This document shows, piece by piece, positions 49,901-61,900 of a stretch of 64,000 nucleotides of DNA. The DNA comes from Podarcis gaigeae (taxonomy: Eukaryota), in NCBI GenBank assembly GCA_964106915.2, contig OZ066916.1; one strand, given 5' to 3'. The notes beneath the pieces were generated by a model. It did no database searches. It saw nothing but the letters and a program-made list of their open reading frames with translations, and was not told the origin of the DNA. The translations under genes and the position numbers were made by a program. Each line of letters opens with the position of its first letter. Position 1 is the first letter of the stretch.

Positions 49901-52900
49901 AGGTTATTTGTATTTGTGTTGCTGGCTTTTTTATTTGCTTCATAGGATGCTTTATTTTTGGAGTGGACCAAATCTGAAAAGTTGGAATTTTGAACCGAAA
50001 AACTTTCACCCATTTGGTGGTTCATATGCAGAGATAAATCCTTTGTAGTTTTTCTTATTCCAGTGTACTTTCTGTGAGGCAAATGTCTACTTATTGAGGA
50101 AATGTCTTCATAAACTGTTTCACACGAAGCAGGGAATATTTCACTTTTATTACTTTCTGTGTGTGAATTTTCAGAATGGAGAATATTATTGAAGGATGTT
50201 GGGTATTTCACATTGTAAGTGCTTTCTTTTGTAAGAGAATGGACTGACAATTCAGGTCTTATGTCTCCTTTGTTTGGCTGAGAAAGCCCTTCTAAGTCAT
50301 CATTGTTCAAAATATGAGAAGAAAGGGCACTTGTGTGTTTACACTGAAAGGTAATCTTAGCAGAAGAAGGTGGTTCCAGAGTAGCAGCATCTTTATGAAA
50401 AATCGAAGACTTTACAGATGTTTTGCTTGTTGCAATTATGGAGGTTCGAGAATTCTCATTGTTCAACGGATTGTCTAGAAAGGGATAGATACAACACATG
50501 CAATTTTCACTATTCATCTTTTATTTTTTAAGATCAGCTATTTTAAAGATTAGCCAGTCACTTAAGTATTAGGTAAAATAGCAACTGCTAAGAGACCCAA
50601 TCTCTCTATCTCTTCCTTAATCTTACATTTCCTCTGAAACTCACTTTTGGTAGTTTTTGGTAGTTTTTCTAACTAGAAAAATACCACACTCAAATATTTT
50701 ATTGCTGTATTTTTAATCTGGAATTTAGTTACTTCCTACAATCTATATCAGCATGAGTTTGACCAAACTGCGGGAGGCAGTGGAGGACAGAGGTGCCTGG
50801 CGTTCTCTGGTCCATGGGGTCACGAAGAGTCGGACACGACTAAACGACTAAACAACAACAACAACAATCTATATCTCAAAGACAATTGAAGTCAGGCTTC
50901 CCTTGTCTCTTAAGATGCTTTTAAAGTGTGCTACTATGTTTCTGTTTTTCTAGGATTTTATTGCATTATATGGTTTTCTTGTATTTTTGTTTAATTGTTA
51001 TATATATGTTTGTTATTGTAATGGCCCAAACCTAGAACATTATTAAGCCAACATGTAGTCACTTACCTTCTTGTATTTTTCTCACCAGTTACATTGTGGC
51101 GATTAGTATTTTTTTCTCCTTACTGCTAGCTTCCACTTAATCCACGCATCTGACTATTCTACTTGTGCCCGCCCCCTGCCCCACACTTCATCTCTGCAGC
51201 CACCATAGCACACCTTTATATTCTCCTGAAACAGCTAACCTTTCAGTAGCTACAGATGGATATGGGACAAAGCAGACTAGAATACTAAATTTAAAGTTAA
51301 AAACAAGGCACTAAAATTGTAGTGAAGCTATTTTTAAGTATTAACAAATAGTAATGCTTGTTTGAAGGATTATTTATCAGGCTATACTTAGTTACTTTAA
51401 ATAGCACTGCATAAACAGGATTATTGCCCCTTTAAGAAGTTAGACATGTAAAACTGCAGTTTTATCCCCTAACCAAGCATGGCCAGTTACCCTATCATTT
51501 TCTTTTTCCAATTAACACACAACTTCCATCACCTAGGACTTTACATGCAGGCTTCAACTTGGTCCTCATTTCCTTCGGCCTGGAGTTCTTCACTTCTCTG
51601 CAGTCTTCAACCTGGCGCAGCAACAACTGCCACCTCAAGTTTACAATAAGCAGTTGTCACTTGACAGTACCTTTCTTTTCAGGACTGCCACAGAGCTTTG
51701 CTACCTTTTACAATCCCTCCTTACCCAATCACTACAATTTGGGTGAAATTCAACCCTTATTGGTCTGTAATTATGAGCCAATAAGATAAGGAAGCATGTC
51801 TATGATCCAATTAAAACTGGCTACCCTGTTGATGCCTGTGATACTGAATATAAAGCTAGAAACCACTTCAAATATAGGCATCTTCCCGACACTAGGTTGC
51901 AATGACAGTTTAACTGACACTTCGCTGCCTGCTAGTCTTTGATACAATGTATCCCTCTATTCCTGGCAGAAACAAAGGCAGTTTAGTTCACATACTTCAT
52001 CTTTTTTGAAATGATAAAATAGCCTATAATTTCACCATGTAAACAATGCAGTTATCTTTTATAAACTGCTTAAAGTCTGTTTTGGCATTAAGTAGTATAC
52101 AAATATATGAAATAAATAAATAATGACATGAAAAGTTTGTAATTTTATTTTACCTAGATCAGGAGTTCCCAACATTATGGGGCTTGAGGGCACATTTGGA
52201 AACTGATATAGTTGCCATAAAATGGCTGTCATGAGGGGCCTGGCTAGTTGCAAAAATGTTTAGTGTCTGGTTAGAATAAAATAATAATAAAATTGTAGAG
52301 TTGGAAGGGATCCTGAGAGTCATCTAGTTTACTATATGTCTTGCATTTGTTTTTATTTGTAACCTATTCTGGAATTGCAGTTGCAATGAAGAATAGATAA
52401 TAAATATTTTAAATAAAAAAGACATTACAGTTATGTGTCACAGTTTGAAAGTTAGGAAATTTAAACAGATGAATTAATGCAGTTTTAAAATTTCAACCTA
52501 TTTATGTTGAGAATTCTAATTCATAGACTATATTGGCAGAATATTTAGTACAAAGGTATCTATTGAGATTTTTTTTATCAAGAAGGGAAAACTACTTTCT
52601 CATGGGTATATGAAATTCCAAAACTATGATTTACCACTGTTTTCATCTGCAGTTCCATCTAACTGAGGTATAGATAGGCTTGCCAGAAGCAAATTGTTTT
52701 CACTCCAGTCCATATCATCTTCTGAAGTGCCATCATCTTCAGTTGAGCTCTGGTTCCTACTTCTGCCTGATGACCTGGAAGTGCAATTTATTTCAGGTAT
52801 ATAAAAACCTTTGGTCAGCCACTTGAGAATTTACTGGTTATGGTGTTAATACATGATACTTTGCTTGGGAAGGAAGGATACAAAGAATTTGAACGTTGCT

Positions 52901-55900
52901 TACTAAAAATGAACATTAACTTATTACACTACAGAATGTGGTCTAATACAATATTTTAAAGACAGTCATTAAACTGTATTTCAAACTGACAGGATGCAAA
53001 AGTGAATAATCATAGAGTGGTTTCTTCCCCTGAGAATACGAAAATATTTCATGAAAATCACAGTAGGGTTCAAATTTCAACAGAGGTTGAAATCCACCCA
53101 CCAGTGGATCTTCAGAGTGCCAATACAATCTTACATCAGATTATACTGAATGAGCCTGTTGTTGATTCTGTTTTCGTCACAGGACTTCTCCCCCCTGGTC
53201 TTGTATTTTATCCTGCTTCCGAAATCCTACTTTCCCCTAAAATTTCCACCACTCTTCTGTTACAAGCATGCTACTGTGAGTTTGTGTTCCAGACCCTGAT
53301 TCAAATATATCTGTTTCTTGTTGCCTTCTTATTTGCACCAAGTATGGGTGTTCCCTTCTCCAATGGACCTTCCTTTAGAGGGCTCATCCTCTTATTTATT
53401 TCCCCAAACTGTTCACCCAGAAAGCAGGATATGTGGCCTGAAAATTCCTCTTCTTCCCCTACATCTCTCAGCGATCGTTGCTGTAATTTCTCATCAAGTC
53501 CACACCTCCCCACCCCTGCCAGTGCTTTTGTTTTATCTCTGCATGCTAAGAAACCTGATTTCTTGCTCGTGGGGCTTCCTGTAACAACTTACACAGACAC
53601 AGCAGCACTGTTCCTTCCTCCTCACAGTATTTAACACACATTAATATACAGTGGTACCTCTAGATACGAACGGGATCCGTTCCGGAGCCCTGTTCGCATC
53701 TAGAGGTAAATGTATCTAACAACGGCACGTATGCACATGCACTCGCTGCTTTTGCGCATGACGTCATTTTGAGCGTCTGCACATGAGCAAGCGGCAAAAC
53801 CCAGAAGTAACACGCTCCGTTATTTCCAGGTTGCCGCGAAGCGCAACTCAAACTCACTCAACTCGAAGCATATTTAACCCGAGGTATGACTGTAATGTAC
53901 CCATTGAGCAAATATAGCAATGCACAGTAAGGAGTAGAATTCTGGAGCAGTCATTGCAGAACACACTTACAAATCTCTCTCATTCCATTCAAGCTCTGGC
54001 AGTCTAGTAACCCTTGGGTTTTCTTATCTGCCTGCTCATTTGAGCCACATGAAATTATATCACCAATCACATTTCTTGTCCAATAAACACCTCTCTTCAT
54101 AGTATACCAGCGTCTGGACACCCACATTGATTTTCTTTATTAAGTATGAGAACTTCAGTCTAAGTTCGTTAGTACCATTTCCTCCGGAGCTATTATTCAA
54201 AAAACAGAAGATACCTTCTCTTTGCATTCATGTCATTCGGACTGCTGTCCCATCGTTGGGACATTAGCAAGCTGAGCTCCATTTCTTCCTTTTCAATTTG
54301 TGGTTCATTTTCTTCATCATCACTGTTCTGGGGATTTCTACAGCTTCCAGAGAAGTGTTGTGATAATGTACCATGTCCTCCAATTGCGTATCCATCATCC
54401 TCCAACCCAGCCAAGAGATGTATCATGGCTTGATCAGCACTACTGTCCACTGAAAGAAAAACAAAAACAAATTCAGACATAGCCTATATCTTTAAAAGTT
54501 CAAGATTATCTTTGTGATGTGTTCTTTTAAATAACCTATATTTTCCATGTGCAGATTGAACACAATATTTTAAAAGCAAGTATTAGACAAACAAAACTTT
54601 TTACAGTATCTTCTTTTTGATGCCCTTGTCCTTTGAGAATCTTACTACCTTTTGATAATTTCTCACTTTTGCGGTGTATATTTTAATTTCAAGCTTCCAA
54701 ATTGAAGTGGTTTTACAGAGCACTAGGACCCAAAGGCTCCTCTTTTCAATCAGTAACAGAACACCACTACTGATGAACAGCTAAACTAGAAATACTTTAC
54801 AGAAATCTATTTTTTGGAGTAAATTCAGTTTAGACAAACTGCATGGACCACTAGATATAAAACTGCCAGCATACTGAAGAATAACCTATTATTGTGGGGG
54901 AAAGGAATATATTTATGTTGTACTTACTGAACACCGGGGTCTTATTCAGTCTCTGAGATGAGGATTGAAAATGCTGACTATTTTCCATGATGTTCAAAAT
55001 AGCTTCTTCATTAATAAGCGCCTCCTCCTCCTTATACTTCCTGTTGGACTCCTCTAAAAATGAGATTTAAAACTCTGCACATGAGCTGCCAATACATTTT
55101 CCCCACAAAAGTAGTCGCTGAAGACTATTAAACATCCAAATTAAATATCCAAATTAGTTGAACAAGATTTTCAGAAGATAGAGACTTATGCTAGTTGGGA
55201 TGCATAAGTTTATACACCTTACAGAGTCTGAAAGAGATAGGAATTCATGGTGGCAAGACTTTTCTTAATACAATTTGAGCAAACTCAGTTGTGGTTATTT
55301 AAAACTGTTTTTAATGGAACTCGCAGCAGATCAATACATTTCCAAAGGGTACCTTCTCCTTTCACAAGTTGCCATTTCCCAGGCATTTTGCTCAGAGGAA
55401 GTGGCAGAAGATTACATGAGCATAAGAAGAGCTTGCTAGATCATGCCAATGACCCATCTAGTCCAGCATTGTGTTCTCATGGTGGCCAACCAGATGCCTA
55501 TGGGAAACCTGAAAGTAGATCTTCCTGCACTTGAGAACAGAGGGGTGCAATTCTGATCTCCTCTTCCCAGCAATTTCTGGAAAGAGAATAGAGTTTTTGG
55601 GAGAGGGTGGGGCACAAGGATGTGCACTAAACCTCTCTTTTCTTCAAAAGTTTCTCTCCCCCCGCCCCTGCCCAAAAAAACCATTGGGGAAAGCAAATGC
55701 AGAAGGTAACTATTCCTTGGTGCCACTTCTCACCATCACCACACCCTCAGAAACAGTGAAATGCAAGCATGCAGGCGGAGAAATGTTTTTTCTGTGCCTT
55801 TCTCTCTCTCTCTCCATCTCTTCACTTTTGCTTTTCTCAGCTGTTTTATGACACAGAAAGAAAAGAACTGAGAATATTGTAGACAGACATGCAAAGGTAA

Positions 55901-58900
55901 AGATTATTCCTTGTGCATTCTTCTATGTCTCTTTCTCCTCCTTTGCTCAGTTTTTCCATAAAAGTAATTCCAGCTAGGATGTACTCATGAGCTGTATTTG
56001 ACTTAAAAGCCAACTGTATTAATACTACTAACCTTTGCTGAGTTCTTTATCTCTGTGTACTTCTACCATATTTGCTGGTGAACATGGAACAACTTTAGGA
56101 GATTGTACCTCAGAATGTAGCGTCAACTCTGCAGAGAATTCCTGTGATCCATTACTGTAGTCCAGTGATCCAGATAATGTCCTTATTAATAAATTTAAAA
56201 AACTTTTAAAATGACTGTACAACTCACAAATAAAAACAAGAGTAACAGCTAAATGAACGCTTACACAGAGAGATCACTTTGCTTGAGGATTTCTTTAAGC
56301 CTCTTCTGAAAGATTTTTTCACTTTCTGTTGCAGTTACAAATCCACGATCTTTAATTAAGGGTGAAAGGTTATACAGGATGGTTAATACAGCAACAAAGA
56401 AAAGACTACTGAATTCCTAAATAAGAAACTGAAACTTCATAGGCATTCTATTAACAATTAGTACCCTTCTCTTTATGTATTTTTTCTAATACTTTTAAGC
56501 TCAGAGCAAGCAACATAGTCTGAATTTCAAGCAGCTCTGAGCCAATTTTTAAAAGGTTGTTTTCTTTTTACCATGCTTTTTATATAGTTATAAAGATATT
56601 ATAAGGAATATAATCTCTTGATTATATCCAAATTTGCTGTTCTACTAATTAAGTTTCTCCCACTCACAGAAGGCTGTTTCCAAATTAGAGGAAGAGCACT
56701 GTGTGAAGAAACTGACTGTAAATCCAGAGGAATTCTTCTGTTTGCACAAACATTCTCAAAAACGTTTGTAATCACCCTCTACTTGATGCCGCAACTGACT
56801 GTAGGAACCTAGAGCACTATCAAATTATAGCTTGTGGGATCACTTTCAGTTGCTGCAGCCCAAGGATGTGAATGGGATGCTTGCAGTGTTGGGACTAACT
56901 TACATGCTCTCTCAATTGTTGCCCATAAGATCTGGTAAAATCTAGGAGGGGATTGACGGTATGGGTCCAAGGAGTGATCAGTGGAATGGAAATACACCTA
57001 AAGCCTTGAAAAAAGAGTCTCAAGTGGCTTCTGTCGTTTGGAGAGCTTATGCCCAGCTTAGGCTGGTTTGCCAGCTATGGCCATTCCTGGAACAGGTAGC
57101 CTGGCCTCAGTTGTCTATGTTCTGGTTATTTCTCATCTGGACTACTGTATTGCATTGTGTGTGGGGCTGTCCTTGAAGGTGGTCTGAAGACTGCAGCAAG
57201 TGAGGCTGGTAAGTGGGGCAATCTGATGGGACCATGTGTCAGTAGTCCTAAAACTGTTGCACTGACTGATTAACCATTTTAAAATTAATCAACGAACCAG
57301 ACAGCAGCTTAAATAAAGAATGTAAAGTTTACTATCATGATGTCTCCATTAATTTTATTAACTACAGTATTGTATTAGAAGAAGAATGGGAAAGCTTCTT
57401 GACTTTCTGATTGCTGTGATAAAATTAACAACCCAACAAGCAGCAAATGCTTAATTGAGTACTGACCCATCAAACGTACCTGCCCAGGAATTGTGACTGA
57501 GAAATAAATATGTAACAACAACAACAACAACAACTTTGACCTGTTTACCTTGTGAGTTAGGAGGACTAATTTGAGAGGACTCATTGTTTTCTCTACGCCG
57601 TTGTTTCTCATCATCCCATATCGCTTGCAAACCTGGGTTCCGACCAACCTGGGCTGGAAAAAGTAAAAAATACAGCAAATTCAACAGGAGTGTCAAGCTT
57701 ACTCTGGCTGGGGCAGAGTCCAAAATATGCAGTCCAAAATATCTGGAGAAGCAGCTTGGGAAGATTGTGCTAAGCACGCATAAAAAACAAACTTGTTAAT
57801 GTCCTAAATGATTACACAAAGCAAAATTGTTTACCTTCAATATCCAATCTGTTTAAAATATCAGCAGCCACTGCATCTACTTCCAGTTCACAGGTACTCT
57901 GTGGTTCAACACCCTCCAGTATCAAAGAACTGCAATTATATTAAAATTAAAGGATGATTAAAATATGGTACTTCCCACTAAAATTATATTCTCTTAAATT
58001 CTATTAGTAGAAAAAATAACTAACTGAATATTAAATCACAATTTATCTTAAATAGTCTGAACATTTTAAAGTAATGATATTTATGCCATAGTTAGATGGT
58101 AGGCAGAAGCACATTAGTCATGCACTCTGAATGAACATGTATGCAAATCATCACCTGTTCCCTACCTTAATGGACTCGTTTTACCTAAACAGATTCGTTT
58201 TACCTAAACAGCACCACTGAAAGAAAGTATCTATAGAGATTTGCAGGCAGCACGGGGCAGCGTATACAAGCAAGTTAGGTTCAGAATATGTCCCATGGGA
58301 TAAATACAGCTACCGTATTTTTCGCTCTATAAGACACACATTTTCCCCTCCAAAAATTAAGGGGAAAATTTCTCCCATCTCCTGCAAAAGCCCACAGGAG
58401 GGAGAAGGGACTGACTCGGGCCAGTCAGTCTCTTCTCCCTCCTTGGGGAAAAGCCCCCAAGAGCGGCGCACTCTTTAAAGGCTGCGTGGCTCCTGCAGGC
58501 TTTTCGACCCAGCTTGTGGGGCTGGCGGTGGGGGGAAGCACTGCTTTCCCCCACCGCCAGCCTCCAAACCAGGTCCGGGAGCAGTGCGAAGGTGTCGCAC
58601 GCCTTCCCACTGCCCCCAAGCCTGTGGGGCTGGCGGTGGGGGGAAGCGCTGCTTTCCCTCACCACCAGCCTCAAAGAGCAGACTCTCCTGGCTTCAGCGA
58701 AAGCAACGTGAAGCCTCCAGAGCACAGGCTTCAGAAGCTTCACGTTGCTATCGCTAAAGCCAAGGAGCCTGCATCCGCCCCATAGGACGCAGATACATTT
58801 CCCCTTCAGTTTTGGAGGGGGAAAAGTGCGTCCTATAGGGCGAAAAATACGGTACTTTTCATGACCTGTAACCTTTCCAGACACATGTGAAGAAGTTTTA

Positions 58901-61900
58901 TGACTCTTTGTTTGCTGTGTTTGAACATCTGTTCTGAAGTGCCTCGGGGCAGACCTTCACATCTGTTCTGAAGTGCCTCGGGGCAGACCTTCTCAACTGG
59001 CACATTGAGCTGAGTGAGCTCTGTCCTATTGCAACAGTGGTGCCCCGCAAGACGAATGCCTCGCAAGACGGAAAACTCGCTAGACGAAAGAGTTTTCCGT
59101 TTTGGAGGTGCTTCGCCAAATGAATTTCCTATGGGCTTGCTTCGCAAGACGAAAATGTCTTGCGAGTTCCTGCGGGTTTTTTCCCCTTCCCCCCCCTTTT
59201 TCAAGCCACATCCGCTAAAAGCCGCTAATAGCGCTAATCCGTCAATGGGCTTGCTTCGCAAAACGAAAAAACCGCTAGACGAAGAGACTCGCAGAACGGA
59301 TTCTTTTCGTCTTGCGAGGCACCACTGTAGCTATAATAAATGCTGGGTTCCTAAATCTGGATGATGGACTTGGAAATAGTTTCCTTGGGTCCATTGTTTA
59401 TTCAAAAGGTGATTGTTCCTCAACTGGGTAATGAACAAGGTGGTGTAGAGGTGAATTCTTACCGTACAGGGATTGCGCCTAAAGTCAAAATTGTGTATAG
59501 TCAAAGCACATTGGGTTCAGCAGTGAGTGGGATTGCCAAAGTAATGTTTCCCAGACCCCACTCCTTACTTTATATTTATTTTTTGCCACTGGTGTAAAGC
59601 TGAATGCACACAAGTGAAATGTTCATAAGTTGAAGACTTACTGTATTTAGTAAATCCTGTTTGGTCAGAACCATATTTTTAACCATGGCTTAACTGGGCC
59701 TATCTGTGCTTCCTCCATCCAGCCACCTTTGTCTTGAATCAATCCACCAGTGATAGCAAGTAGACACTGAACCAGGGCAAATATTTCTTTTTCTCACATT
59801 TCATGTGTTAATTAGCTAACCAGTGCCTGGACATGTATACTTCCAACTATTTTTTAGTCAGTGGCCACTGTTAATAACATAATTATCAACAGCTATACTT
59901 TTAGCATTTCCTTTTCTTTTGACATTACTGTTTACAATTTTTCCCAAATATGCATATATTTCTGTATCTCAGGGTAACACTTCAAGCCTCTGATGAAGTG
60001 GAATGCAATCCATGAAAGCTTATGCCATAACTATTTTTTAGACTAAGTGGTCTCAAGACTATTTAGAGAGAGATATATTCAGAGATGCTAACCTTGGTAT
60101 TTGATTGTTTTCCCATTGAAGAAGGGTTCTGGTAGCAGAATGTCCTGACAAACTGTATTTATAAGATCCACTTTCTTCTAATACATCACCTACAAACAGA
60201 TAACAGTAGATAAGCTTTCAGGTACTGTGAACTATTATTACTCTAAACATTTTATATTGAAAGTGATTTTTGTTGTTGTTTCTTTAACAAAACATTCATA
60301 TTCCACTTGCATTGTGAATGAAGTCAGAATCCTATAACAAAAATAAATGCAAAATCAGTTTAAGAAAGGGTGCTTGAGAAAATACAAGAGTATCAGTAGG
60401 TATATGATTTTGAATACCAGCTGCTGGGGAAACAAGCGGGGAAACTTATTATGCTCAGGTCCTGCTTGTGGGCTTCTCATAGGCATCTGGTTGGCCACTG
60501 TGATAACAGGATGCTGGAATAGATGGGCCTTTGCTCTGATCCAGCAGGATATGTCTTATGTTCTTAAAACTCTCTGATCCCATTTGTTTGCCCTATGTGA
60601 CCTTCTCAGATTCAGAGAACATTGGGCATACCATAAGTAGAAGAGAACCTACTAAAACTTTCCAACAAAGTTTGAGCTTCTAGAGCCTTAGCTTTTTTTT
60701 TGCTTGGGTCACATATTTTATTTGTTCTCAATACTCTGTTCCACAGATTGGTCCCTAACAAAATGCCCATTAGTATAACTCAACTGTCCTCTCACAACAG
60801 TACTAGTTTCCTGTTGCCTGATAAAAAAGCATGGTTTTGGAAGAAATTAATCTGAGCCAGACATTTCTGTCAGAGAATTTGAAGCGGTCACAATCTAGCA
60901 GTTGAGGTAAATTTTCTTTGTTTATATTTCTGAGGTTTTAAGTATCTGAGGTTTAATTTATTTTTTAAATGTATATTTTTATCGTTGTAAGATGCTTTGA
61001 GATTTCGATAGTGAAAAACAGGATGTAATTTTTTTAAAAAAATAAATAAGGGCTAAACCTGCTCTCCCAGTGTTGAAAAGTAGTGTCACGGTAGAGAGTC
61101 AAAGATAATTATTGACATTCATGGAAGGAGGAGCTTGAGAAATGTTAACAAGGTCCTACAGGGGAAAGGGGAAATGTCTGTGTACACACATTGCCTCAAT
61201 CATATACAGTTTCATTATCAGTGGTGTGAAGGCCCAGGGAGCAAAATGGGACTCCCCACATTTTTCCAGTTTTTGCTGGTTTGTTTCTGGAAAGTGGGAG
61301 AAACAAGGCAGATGAAAGTTGCCACTGTGCAAACTCAGAAGTGGAGCTGATGCAGCACTCCTGCCAGTGCATTGCACAACACTAACTTTCCAAATATCTG
61401 GCTTCTCCTGGTCTCTGCTGCTGGGTAAGCACTGCCACTACACCCAACTGTCTGCTACTGCCTATGACAGATTCGCTAAAGCAGAGGCTCCCCCATATAT
61501 AGGCACTAAATGCTTTCTTGCCTGCTGGCTATGTTCCTGCAGCTGCTGGGGTGATGAGGATGTACAAAGAATGTGTCAGCATCTGTGGTAGGGCTGACAG
61601 GAGTGTTCCTGCTTCCTCCTCATGTATTCAGTTAATGCATGAGATGGTTGTTGTCTTATCAGCCTTACAACAAATGTAGGGCAGCTGTACAATCTAAACA
61701 GCACAACTTTGTGAATAAGCATAGAAAATTACTAGCCTGAAAACAGAATTACTAGCCTGCTGAATCATCCCACTGCAATCCTTTTTAATGTATTTTAATT
61801 CTTTTTCACATGTAATAAACATAATCTAAAATACAATAAACAACAATGATAGCAGCTAGTCTGTCATTTATTGTGAAAAGTGTAACAGGATCTTAAAGTT

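Noticed and set aside
53002-53634. 210-aa + strand ORF antisense within a REV3L intron
   Set aside because: GTG start, no recognisable domain and no evident promoter or splice context; the minus-strand frames contain stops. Probably a chance ORF.
56350-56375. CCTTAAT close to the acceptor, resembling a U12 branch site
   Set aside because: The donor of this intron is GTAAAC, not GTATCCTT/ATATCCTT, so it is a U2 intron.
58357-59364. GC-rich ORFs of 100-175 aa
   Set aside because: They lie inside non-autonomous TIR elements and show no transposase motifs.
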